Under the pieces are notes generated by a model. The model made no database searches and was not told the origin of the DNA. It saw only the letters and a program-made list of their open reading frames with translations. A stretch of DNA of 50,175 nucleotides. It comes from Octopus sinensis. Its lineage: Eukaryota. The stretch spans positions 1 through 50,175 of the forward strand of contig NW_021834260.1 in NCBI RefSeq assembly GCF_006345805.1, given 5' to 3'. Shown in pieces: positions 34,800 to 45,953 of this stretch; position 1 is the first letter of the stretch, and each line of letters starts with the position of its first letter. The position numbers and the translations under genes were made by a program.

Positions 34800-35310
34800 C
34801 ATAATCTCCTCCGAAACGGTTACCTTGTGCAGCAATACACAGGTCTCAGTGTTCCTGCCACTTTTGGAATCTGGCCTGGAAGTTGATTTCCATAAATGAG
34901 TCGAGGGCCTTGCATTTCGGCAATTTCAACCAATCACTGGCGTCTATTGAGTTAAAAAGCATATTCATACGGCACAGAATGTTTTGTACCTCAATGGACG
35001 TCAGTGATTGGTTGAAATTGCAGAAATTGAACAACAAATATCTTACAAACTGTAGAATTTTCTCAATAAAGCCAAGAGAAAAAGATGTTTTTTAAACACA
35101 TTCTACCAGTATATGAAGTTTAAAAGTGTTTAGTTACGTGGAAATTATTTTAAAAACTGCCGGTCAAACCGAAAAGATCTGAGGCACCTGTGCCTCTTGA
35201 AACATTGTGTATGACTCATTGCCTTGTTGCCATAAGCTTGCCAAAGAAGCTCGATGTCTCTAGTAGACTTCCAAAGTTTAATGCAAAATCTCATGTTGAC
35301 TCTTTGTTCC
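34800..35310 (-). mobile_element. Mariner fragment interrupted by a partial MITE (about 34915-35178)
   Basis: 35180-35310 reverse translates QRVNMRFCIKLWKST...QAYGNKAMSHTQCF (mariner HTH-like); the intervening piece matches the right end of 40963-41378. Confidence 0.55.
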
Positions 35311-35807
35311 AACTCCCTCTTTTACTCGTTTCAGTCATTTGACTGCGGCCATGCTGGAGCACCGCCTTTTTTTTTTTTTATAATCGAGCAACTCAGCATT
35401 GGTTGTCAAGCAATGCTAGGGGGACAAACACACACACGCATATATATATATATATATATACGACGGGCTTCTTTCAGTTTCCGTCTACCAAATCCACTCA
35501 GAAGGATTTGGTTGGCCGGAGGCTATAGTAGAGGACACTTGCCCAAGGTGCCACGCAGTGGGACTGAACCCGGAATCATGTGGTCGGTAAACAAGCTACT
35601 TACCACACAGCCACTCCTGCAGACTACAGCATCCACGTAATCACACAAATTTCGCAACATGTGAAGTAAACAGTGATGCTACTCAGCCTCATGTAGGTCA
35701 CTGCTGGCTCTTGGGGTGCATGCAACCATGTGTTGCCATGCTACAGAATTAGTCTCTTTTACTTGTTTCAGTCATATGACTGCGGCCATGCTGGAACACC
35801 GCCTTTG

Positions 35808-35814
35808 AAAAAAA
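35808..35814 (-). terminator. Pol III-type oligo-T run directly after the 5S copy
   Basis: T7 on the minus strand immediately 3' of the 5S end. Confidence 0.6.
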
Positions 35815-35933
35815 TGCTTACAGCACCTAGGTTTCCCAAGCGGTCACCCATCTAAGTACTAACTAGGCTCGATGTTGCTTAACTTCGGTGATCGGATGAG
35901 AACCGGTGCTTTCAACATGATATGGCCATAAGC
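35815..35933 (-). rRNA. 5S rRNA copy (solitary; gene or retropseudogene)
   Basis: Minus strand reads GCTTATGGCCATATCATGTTGAAAGCACCGGTTCTCATCCGATCACCGAAGTTAAGCAACATCGAGCCTAGTTAGTACTTAGATGGGTGACCGCTTGGGAAACCTAGGTGCTGTAAGCA: about 119 nt, helix I closes, box A and box C recognisable. Confidence 0.93.
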
Positions 35934-36412
35934 AAAAGTCTGGGAACTTTTCGCTACCAGCTCACAGCACAAACATTTGACCACTATAAACGAATCATTT
36001 ATGCAGTCTGGTCAGCAATGAATTGCAGACCCGGCGTGCTAACGTTTCTGCCAGCTCGTCACCTTTCACAAACTGAAATATTACAGGTAGACATGTTCCA
36101 GCAAAAACTATGGGACAACAACGGAGACATAACCACAATCTTTCGCATATAGTGAGAAAATTACAAAGTGCACCATATGTACTTATTAAACAGCCGCCAG
36201 TTTACAATAAAAGAGTGTCAAGCAAAATATATTCTTCAAACTCGCCTTTAAAATATTTTATGAATGGCTTACCTGTGAGTTACCTCCCCGGAAAAAATGT
36301 TTTCGTTTGCAGAGTTCTCTCCCTTAAACTTTTTATCAGGTCGTCTATTTTTTCAATGAAAAGCTATTTGAGTGGATCCTAGAAAAGAACAAATTAACGT
36401 TTATATATTTAT

Positions 36413-36797
36413 TACTAGCACTATCGCCCGGCGTTGCTCGGATTTGGAAGGGAAATAACTATATAAGCATTTTTAGAGAGTTATAGCCAAAAAATAGCAA
36501 AAAGATGCATTAAAATGGAAAAAAAATGATGGTAAATTTTTTTTTAATCGTTCACTCATCGTAGACATTTTTAGAGAGTTACTTCCCTTATATAATAGCG
36601 AAAAAATGCATTAAAATGGAAAAAAATTATGGTAAATTTTTTTTTAAATCGTAGACGCGCGCTAATGCCCAGAAGGGCTCGATATGAGTCACGACTATAA
36701 GATACCCGGTTTTGGTTAAACTGCACCGCAAAATGTGGGAGTAGTTAGGAATCTAAATCGTAGAAGACAGACACCACACAACTTCTCTTTATATATT
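36413..36797 (+). mobile_element. Helitron/Helentron-like non-autonomous element
   Basis: 5' TACTAGCACTATCGCCCGGCGTTGCTCGG, internal tandem duplication, 3' ACAGACACCACACAACTTCTCTTTTATATA; termini resemble HINE-type elements. Confidence 0.55.
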
Positions 36798-37529
36798 GTA
36801 AATTACGAGGTACATGGCTGAAAATACTGAAGAAGCTTGTACTTGGAATGTAAACTTTAGTTGGACTTAGTTTTACACTGTCCATTAGACAGATGACAAC
36901 AAAATGTAAGCATTTGGCAGGATTGGTACGGTTCTTCAAGTTATGGGACAACGAATTTTTATTTATTTATATACTCTCTCTTTCACTCGTTTCAGCCATG
37001 CTGGAGCACCGCATTTAGTCGAGCAAATCGACCCCAGGACTTATTCTTTGTAAGCCCAGTACTTATTCTATCGGTCTTTTTTGCCGAACCACTAAGTGAC
37101 GGAGACGTAAACACACCAGCATCGGTTGTCAAGCAATGCTAGGGGGACAAACACAGACACACAAACATATATATATACATATATACGACAGGCTTCTTTC
37201 TACCAAATCCACTCACAAGGCATTGGTCGGCCCGGGGCTATAGCAGAAGACACTTACCCAAGATGTCACGCAGTGGGACTGAACCCGGAACCATGTGGTT
37301 GGTTAGCAAGCTACTTACTACACAGCCACTCCTTATATACATATTAGAGGGAAATCACTATGTGAACACCCTTATGCTAGAAATAGATCCGCTATGGTCT
37401 TACCACTAAAAAATGTTCTCAAGAAAAATTTAGCAAAACAACTTTTATAAATTTTATATATATATATAGAGAGAGAGAGAGAGCCTATGCATTCACATTA
37501 ATTTCGTTTAAGTAGGTAACAATCTCTGA

Positions 37530-37992
37530 GTTGATTATATCGACTCCAGTGCGTAACTGGTATTTAATTTATCGATTCCGAAAGGATGAAAGGCAAAGTC
37601 GACCTCGGCGGAATTTGAACTCACAACGTAACGCAGACGAAATACCTATTTCTTTACTACACAGAAGGGACAAAGGGATTAAGTCGATTACATTGACCCC
37701 AGTGCGTAACTGGTACTTATTTAATCGACACCGAAAGGATGAAAGGCAAAGTCGACCTCGGAGGAATTTGAACTCAGATCGTAAAGACAGATGAAATACC
37801 TATTTCTTTACTACCCACAAGGGGCTAAACACAGAGAGGACAAACAAGACTATATCGACCCCAGTGCGTAACTGGTACTTAATTTATCGACACCGAAAGG
37901 ATGAAAGGTAAAGTCGACCTCGGCGGAATTTGAACACAGAACGTAACGGCAAACGAAATACTGCTAAGCATTACGCCCGGTGCGCTAACGTT
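37530..37992 (-). repeat. Tandem OR-type SINE concatemer
   Basis: Three GTCGACCTCGGCGGAATTTGAAC units joined at GAAATACCTATTTC. Confidence 0.8.
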
Positions 37993-38404
37993 TCTGCCAT
38001 CTCGCCGCCTTTAATTATAATAATAAGGACCGCAAGAGACAAAACCAGTAGCAAAAGAATAGCAGCAGCAGCAATAGCCACAACATTTGATTATAAGTTA
38101 TTTCCTTGTGCGTTTCTTCTACTTTGAAACTGTTTTCTGTGTACTTTGCAGATGAGTCAGTTTTATAATTAGAAAACATTTCAAGTTCCTGTGGGAATGA
38201 AACAGGAAAGAAAGGGAAAAAAAATATATATTTATATTTCCACCATGAAAGAGTTATTAGAGCTATTTAAGCACAGCCACACACACTCATGTTATTACTA
38301 ATTTTGCCTCGGACCTCAATTTTCACCAGACAACTTAGAACATAGTCAGGTTGCTACAGTGAGTTGTCTGACTATCTGTCTCTCTATATTTTCTATACTC
38401 TTAC

Positions 38405-39345
38405 TCTCCTTTACTTCTTTTACTTGTTTCAGTCATTTGACTACGGCCAGGCTGGAGCACCGCCTTTAGTCAAGCAAATCGACCCCGGGATTTATTCTTT
38501 TGTAAGCCTAGTACTTATTCTATCGGTCTCTTTTGCCGAACCGCTAAGTAACGGGGAGGTAAACACACCAGCATAGGTTGTCAAGCGATGTTGGGGGGAC
38601 AAACACACACATATATATATATACATATATACGACGGGCTTCTTTCAGTTTCCGTCTACCAAATCCACTCACAAGGCTTTGGTCGGCCCGAGGCTATAGT
38701 AGGAGACACTTGCCCAAGGTGCCACGCAGTGGGACTGAACCCGGAACCATGTGGTTGGTAAGCAAGCTACTTACCACACAGCCACTCCTGCGCCTATATT
38801 CTTTTGTTTCAGTCATTTGACTGCGGCCATGCTGGAGCACCGCCTCTAGTCGAGCAAATCGACCCCAGGACTTATTTTTTGTAAGCCTAGTACTTATTCT
38901 ATCGGTCTCTTTTTGCCGAACCGCTAGTTTACGGGGATGTAAACACGCCAGCATCGGTTGTCAAGCGATGTTGGGGGGGGGGGGAGACAAACAAACATGA
39001 CTGAAACGAGTAAAAGAGTAATATCTGCTTTTCAATAAAGTATATAGCTTCCGTCTACCAAATCCAGTTACGAAGCTTTGGTCGGCCCGAGGATATAGCA
39101 GAAGACACTTGCCCAAGGTGCCACGCAGTGGGACTGAACCCGGAACCATGTGGTTGGTAAACAAGCTACTTACCACACAGCCACTCCTACACGACAGGCT
39201 TCTTTCAGTTTCCGTCTACCAAATCCACTCAGAAGGCTTTGGTCGGCCCAAGGCTATAGCAGAAGACACTTGCTCAAGTGCCACGCAGTGGGACTGAACC
39301 CAGAACCATGTGGATGGGAAGCAAGCTACTACCACACAGCCACGC
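38405..39345 (-). repeat. Cluster of OK-like SINEs and isolated SINE heads
   Basis: Full copy 38405-38793, tail part 38800-38990, head parts 39050-39188 and 39190-39345. Confidence 0.75.
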
Positions 39346-39483
39346 CTGCGGTAGATTATATTCGGACATGTAAATTAGCGTCGGAAATCTTTCCCAGGAG
39401 AAAAGCATTATTATGAGCGTTTGTTTCTAGAATAAAGGTTGTGATTATCCGCCAATATTTTGGTACTACTTAAGAAGAGTGGG

Positions 39484-39614
39484 CCCGGTTCGTACATCCG
39501 CGCAAGCTAGTCGTGACTAGTCGATCATTACTTTGAGTTTTTCTGTTTTATTTACTTTGCTAGGTAGTTGTAGGATCGACTAGTCACGACTAGCTAGCGC
39601 GAGTACGCACCGGG
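39484..39614. mobile_element. Small MITE with about 42 bp TIRs
   Basis: CCCGGTTCGTACATCCGCGCAAGCTAGTCGTGACTAGTCGATC versus reverse complement of GATCGACTAGTCACGACTAGCTAGCGCGAGTACGCACCGGG. Confidence 0.65.
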
Positions 39615-39988
39615 ACGAAATACCTATTTCTTTAATACCCACAAGGGGCTAAACACAGAAGGACAGACAAACGGATTAAGTCGATTACATCGACCCCAGT
39701 GCGTAACTGGTACTTATTTAATCGACCCCGAAAAGATGACAGGCAAAGTCGACCTCGGCGGAATTTGAACTCAGAACGTAAAGACAGACAAAATACCTAT
39801 TTCTTTACTACCCACAAGGGGCTAAACACAGAGGGGACAAACAAAGGGATTAAGTCGATTATATCGACCCCAGTAACTGGTACTTATTTAATCGACCCCG
39901 AAAGGATGAAAGGCAAAGTCGACCTCGGCGGAATTTGAACTCAGAACCTAACGACATGCTAACGTTTCTGCTAAGCTCGCTGCCTTAA
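39615..39988 (-). repeat. Tandem OR-type SINE concatemer
   Basis: Two units joined at AAATACCTATTTC. Confidence 0.75.
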
Positions 39989-40299
39989 CAAAATATAGTA
40001 AAAAAACATCGTATTTATTGGGGAGATGTACTCGCATAGCAATTGATTTGATCTGAGATTGTGTGCTGGAACGAAAACAATTGCAGCGTGGAAGGTGTTT
40101 ATAAGCCATTTAAGAAACACACAAAAGCCGTTCGATTCACTTCAACATTTAAGTTTAATTTGTCGAAATCTCAGCACAGATTTTATCGACGAAAATATTT
40201 TGGCAAATTAAACTTAAATGTTGAAGTGAATCGAACGGCTTTTGTGTGTTTCTTAAATGGCTTATAAACACCTTCCACGCTGCAATTGTTATCGTATTT

Positions 40300-42170
40300 A
40301 TTATCCGTTTGTTATTGATATAAAAAAAAATAATTTACTCACGAATTTCAATAAGAAACCTGGTGTCGTCCATCTTCTATAAGTTTCTCAGAATTTCCAA
40401 CTCGTAAATTGTTTTCCAAATGAATATCAGTTAATCTCGACCATTATTTTCATTCAAGAAAAAGAGTCATTCGCATTTATGCGTTCTACCAAAGAATGGT
40501 GGAATATCTTCTCACAAAGTACATTACTTTCGGGTTGTGTTCTTCAACCAGAGTTCCATAAAAATCCATCAAAGATTCTTTAAATTTTTACCGAAGAAAT
40601 TCATCACCCTGGAGTTCCATTTGCAAAATTAGCCATAAGGGGATGTCTGTGAAGATTAAAATCTTCTTTCCTAGCTCAAAAGCCATTAAATCTGGAGTTC
40701 AGTTCTTTTCTCAGCTCATTTAAACTCTACAACAAAATCATCATATCTAGACGTTGACCCGTGAATGGCTAGTGAGGGGAAATGGAAAGCCATCACCAGT
40801 CCCGAGTTGATTATTCCAAATTTGAAAACCTTTGATGCGAGAATACCTCTCATGGATTAACTGATTTTGTTTTTACAATTTTAAATTATTTAAATGTGTA
40901 GAGATAGCCACGAGGAATGCAAGGTTACAAAGTCAGTGATCTTTCAATTCGGGAACAAATTTGTATCTTTTCGGTTTGACCGACAGTTTTTTCTAGCTGT
41001 GTCATATGAAATTGTCTCCCATAATTATGACCCTAGTATCGATCAATTGCATTTCAATCTGTTTTAGGGTAGGGAGAAGGGTATCTTTTTTCTTCACAAA
41101 CGTAAATACTTTTTTCTTCACAAATGTAAATAAACCCAATCTGTTTCTTAAACGAGCGACATATTCATACGGCACAGAATGCTTAACTCAATAGACGTCA
41201 TTGAGTGGTTGAAATTGAAGGAAAAAAACAACAAATATCTTCCAAACTATAGAATTTTCTCAATAAAGCCAAGAGAAAAAGATGTTTTATAAACACATTC
41301 TACCAGTATACGAAGTTTAAAAGTGTTTAGTTACCTAGAAATTATGTTAAAAAACTGCCGTTCAAACCGAAAAGATCCAATTCTTCCTTTAATTTGGCAC
41401 GAAAGCTTATCTTTGACCCAACCATTGCTGGGGCTCCGTCCGTTGCTTCACTGACGAGTTTTTCAAGTGGAAGACTCAACTTCGAGGCTGTTTTCTTCAC
41501 TTCTCCATAAATTTTATATCCCATAACTGTCTTTCGTTGACTGAACAGTAATTCTTCGATGATATTAAATGACTCAATACCATATTTGAAAATTGCCAGT
41601 TGAATCGAATCGAACATGTCAGAGCTTAACCAGTGAAAAATACAAAACCAAAATGTCTTATTTAAAATTTTTTTTTTCTGTGAGCGTATATCTGCTGCAA
41701 TTTCTTCAACCCGTCTTGTTTTGGTCCTGCGAGACAAACTAATCTTGACAAACACACCAAACTTTACCAGACACAAAATTCCAGCCATTAATAAAAGACT
41801 TTTACAAGCCGGAATAATTTTTTGAATGTTTTGTCACTCGTAACATGTACAATCTTTTTGAGTCTTATTTAAATTCTTGGTAAAAAGCGTATTTAGACGG
41901 CCGACCTGTTTCTTGAAGGATTCCATTTCTTGATGTGTAATGTCATTTCATATTAAATTCTTTAAAAGCGAAGATTCAAATCGTACTATATTTCCTTTGT
42001 TCGCTATTTGTTAAATTCGCAGGCTCTGCCATCAATAATGAACAGAATTCTACTTAAAAACATAATTAAAGGTAAAGTTCCATTACATGTACCGAACAAG
42101 AGGTTCTGCGAGCAACAGATTTCCTTCCAGTAAATGTTTGTTTCAGTTTTCGGCACTGTCCCTGACGTCA
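40300..42170 (-). pseudogene. hAT (Charlie/SPIN, GTF2IRD2-like) transposase remnant
   Basis: ORF 41342-41788 has LEKLVSEATDGAPAMVG (family motif TDGAPAM.G); after the MITE the decayed reading LCNLAFLVAISTHLNNL matches the WLxDLAFLxDxxxHLNxLN block. Confidence 0.75.
40963..41378. mobile_element. MITE (about 410 bp) with TIR ATCTTTTCGGTTTGAACGGCAGTTTTT, inserted in the hAT remnant
   Basis: Both TIRs visible; further copies at 43275-44130 and 34915-35178. Confidence 0.8.
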
Positions 42171-43274
42171 CTTCCTCTTAGTCATTATCCATTGGGGGGT
42201 CGATAAACGGGGTCAGCTAAATTGGGTCAAATGCAAAAGGGGATCGAAAAGGCGGCGAGCCTGCCAATTAGCGCGCCAAACGAAAATGCTCAGAGGTACT
42301 CCGACCGCAAAGACGTCCCGGGGAAGCGAACCTCCCCAGGACGTCACGGCGGACGAAATACACCTAAGCAATTCCGTCCGACGCGCTAAACGACCGGGCC
42401 AGCTTGCCGCCACTGAAAAATTGTGTAATTAAGAGATATTTAAGTTTAAAAAAAAAGAAGAAAAATTGAAGGCTGTACGTGGAACTAGACATAGATATTC
42501 TACCATTATCCCCATAACATCCTTTAACTTTTTCTCTCAAAATGGGTTTTTTTTCTTCAACCCAGTTTTGCTTTCGCTTCTATTCAAAGCAGAATGCTTT
42601 TGCATCCAGACTCTCCTAAAAACCACACATATATAATATAAATTTATACATACCTACGTAAATATGTATATATACATGCATATATGGGTACAAGACATCA
42701 AGAACACAACGAGAAACGAACTTTTGGGGGGACAAAAAAAAAATACAGATATACATATACGACGGGCTTCTTTGATCCCACATCAGGTTGTATTGTCCCC
42801 TCTATGTTCGCCCCTTGTGGGTAATAATAAAACAATTAGCGCGCCAAACGAAAATGCTCAGAGGTACTCCGACCGCAAAGACGTCCCGGGGAAGCGAACC
42901 TCCCCAGAACGTCACGGCGAACGAAATACACCTAAGCATTCCGTCCGGCGTGCTAAACGACCGGGCCAGCTCGCCGCCACTGAAAACTTGTGTGAAAATA
43001 ACACATTTAAGTTTAAAAAAAAAAAAAAAGAAAAAAAATTGAAGGCTGTCCGTGGAACTAGACATAGATATTCTACCATTATCCCCACAACATCCTTTAA
43101 CTTTTTCTCTCAAAATGGGTTTTTTTTTCTTCAACCCGGTTTTGCTTTGACTTGTATTCAAAGCAGAATGCTTTTGCATCCAGACTCTCCTAAAAACCAC
43201 ACATATATAATATAAATATATACATACATACCCACGTAAATATGTATATGGTACAGGATATAAAAAAAAAAACG

Positions 43275-44130
43275 GGATCTTTTCCTTTTGAACGGCACTT
43301 TTCAACACAATTTCTAGTTAACTAAACACTTTTAAACTTCGTATACTGGTAGAATGTGTTTAGAAAACATCATTTTTTCTCGGCTTTATTGACAAATTCT
43401 ATAGTTTGTAAGATATTTCGACAATTTTAACCATTACGTCCATTTAGGTAAATAACATTCTGTGCATAATGAATATGTCCCTCGTTTAAGAAACAGATTG
43501 GGTTTATTTACATTTGTGAAGAAAAAAAGATACCCTTCCCCCCACCCCTAACTAACCCTAACCCTAAAACAAATTGAAATGCAATAAATCGATACTAGGG
43601 TCGTAATTCTGGGTGAAAATTTCATATGACACTGCTAGAAAAAACTGCCGTTCAAACCGAAAAGATCCAAGATGTTTTATAAACACATTCTACCAGTATA
43701 CGAAGTTTAAGTGTTTAGTTACCTAGAAATTACGTTAAAAAACCGCCGTTCAAACCGAAAAGATCTTAATATAGAATAATAGTTGCCCTAGTATCGATCT
43801 ACTGCATTTCAATCTGTTTTAGGGTTAGGGGTGGGGGTAAGGGTATCTTTTTTTCATCACAAATGTAAATAAACCCAATCTGTTTCTTAAACGAGGGACA
43901 TATTCATACAGCACAGAATGTTTTTTTTACCTCAATGGACGTCATTGATTGGTTGAAATTGTTGAAACTGAAGAAAAAAAACAACAAATATCTTACAAAC
44001 CATAGAATTTTCTCAGTAAAGCCAAGAGAAAAAGATGTTTTATAAACACATTCTACCAGAATACGAAGTTTAAAATTTTTCCGTTACATAGAAATTATGT
44101 TAAAAAACTGCCGTTCAAACCGAAAAGATC
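43275..44130. mobile_element. Cluster of three pieces of the same MITE
   Basis: One complete copy 43275-43669, then reverse-oriented partial copies ending at about 43766 and 44130. Confidence 0.8.
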
Positions 44131-44164
44131 TTAATATAGTATAATATAAATATACATACACACA

Positions 44165-44536
44165 TGGATGGAAGCACTCCGTCGGTAATGACGATGAGGG
44201 TTCCGGTTGATCCGATCAACGGAACAGCCTGCTCGGGAAATTAACGTGTAAGTGGCTGAGCACTCCACAGACACGTACACCCTTAATGTAGTTCTCGGGG
44301 GATATTCAGCGTGACACAGAGAGTGACAAGGCCGGCCCTTTGAAATACAGGTACAACAGAAACAGGAAGTAAGAGTGAGAGAAAGTTGTGGTGAAAGAGT
44401 ACAGCAGGGATCACCACCATCCCCTGCCGGAGCCTCGTGGAGCTTTAGGTGTTTTCGCTCAATAAACACTCACAACGCCCGGTCTGGGAATCGAAACCGC
44501 GAGTCCGCTGCCCTAACCACTCGGCCATTGCACCTC
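44165..44536 (-). mobile_element. tRNA-derived SINE (family of 6706-7094)
   Basis: Near-complete reverse complement of 6706-7094. Confidence 0.8.
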
Positions 44537-44583
44537 CACATACACACATACAGTGTATATTTATAAGCATTGCAAAAACAAAA

Positions 44584-45015
44584 GTGGCAATCTTTCGTCT
44601 CTAGTAGACCTTTCCGTCGATTTCCGTAAAAAAACTTCTTTTTTTTTTTTTACATATGGGCTTGCGGGAACTTTTGAAGTAATGAGAGCGAAAGAGACTA
44701 AGAGAAAGCGATTGTATGACGAGGGAAGTTCTTTTGAAGTTACCGTGCATGTGAAGCATTGATGTACATGTGTGTGTGTGTGTGTTTGATGGGGTGTGTG
44801 AGACAGACAGTATGTTGTGTAAGTGAAGTGCTTCTGTTAGTGTGTGTGAAGAGACAGAGTAATGTGTGAAAGAAGGAGATAACTGAAATTTTTTACTCGG
44901 TGTATGTGTATATGTATGTATATTACTTCAAAAGTTCCCGCAAGCCCATATGTAAAAAAAAAAAAAATTTTACGGAAATCGACGGAAAGGTCTACTAGAG
45001 ACGAAAGATCGCCAC
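44584..45015. mobile_element. Fold-back/MITE-like element with about 95-100 bp TIRs
   Basis: GTGGCAATCTTTCGTCTCTAGTAGACC...GAAGTAAT (44584-44683) inverted at 44922-45015. Confidence 0.7.
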
Positions 45016-45597
45016 AAAAGTCCATTTGTGACTTATAAACCACGTTTAAGATTCTCCCTGCATTTGCAAACAGCCAATAGCAAAAAGCTATGTGGGAGAC
45101 TTTCGTAGCGACAAACTGTTATAAGGCTGTTGGTGGTGAGAGCTCGGAGGAGGCCTTGAAGTTGGTGGTGTTAGCATGAAGTGTTACGAAAGTGTGTTTG
45201 TGGGACACAGACGCTCCACTTGACCCTCACCACTTAAACAACATCCGGACACATATACACACACTCTGGCAGAGAAAATAAGAAAATATACAGATTTAAA
45301 CGAAAACCTCTGACTGTTGTTGTATAGGTCTTCCAGTTGTGACCGTCCTGTCTTTTATTCTGGCCTTGTGTATCTAGGACTACATTATGTAATGTACATC
45401 CTGTACACTTATGTTCAAAGGTCTTCCAGTTGTGACCATCCTGTCTTTTATAGCCCAAGGTCAGTCCTGATCTAGTACACCTATGTTCAAAGGTCTTCCA
45501 GTTGTGACCATCCTGTCTTTTATTCAGGCATTGTGTATCTAGGACTACATTATGCAATGTGTCCATTTTGGTTGTATAGCCCAAGGTCAATCCTGAT

Positions 45598-45953
45598 CCA
45601 GTACACCTATGTTCAAAGGTGCTCCAGTTGTGACCATCCTGTCTTTTATAGCCCAAGGTCAATCCTGATCCAGTACACCTATGTTCAAAGGTGCTCCAGT
45701 TGTGACCACCCTGTCAGTCCTGATCCAGTACACCTATGTTCAAAGGTGCTCCAGTTGTGACCATCCTGTCTTTTATAGCCCAAGGTCAATCCTGATCCAG
45801 TACACCTATGTTCAAAGGTGCTCCAGTTGTGACCACCCTGTCAGTCCTGATCCAGTACACCTATGTTCAAAGGTGCTCCAGTTGTGACCATCCTGTCTTT
45901 TATAGCCCAAGGTCAATCCTGATCCAGTACACCTATGTTCAAAGGTGCTCCAG
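45598..45953. repeat. Higher-order tandem repeat A-B-A-B-A (72 bp and 55 bp units)
   Basis: Units start at 45598, 45670, 45725, 45797, 45852, 45924. Confidence 0.9.

Noticed and set aside
43548-43567. CTAACCCTAACCCTAA telomere-like motif
   Set aside because: Only 2-3 units and internal to the MITE; not an interstitial telomere array
45598-45953. Regularly spaced identical repeats that superficially resemble a CRISPR array
   Set aside because: No unique spacers (only two alternating variants), eukaryotic context, no cas genes
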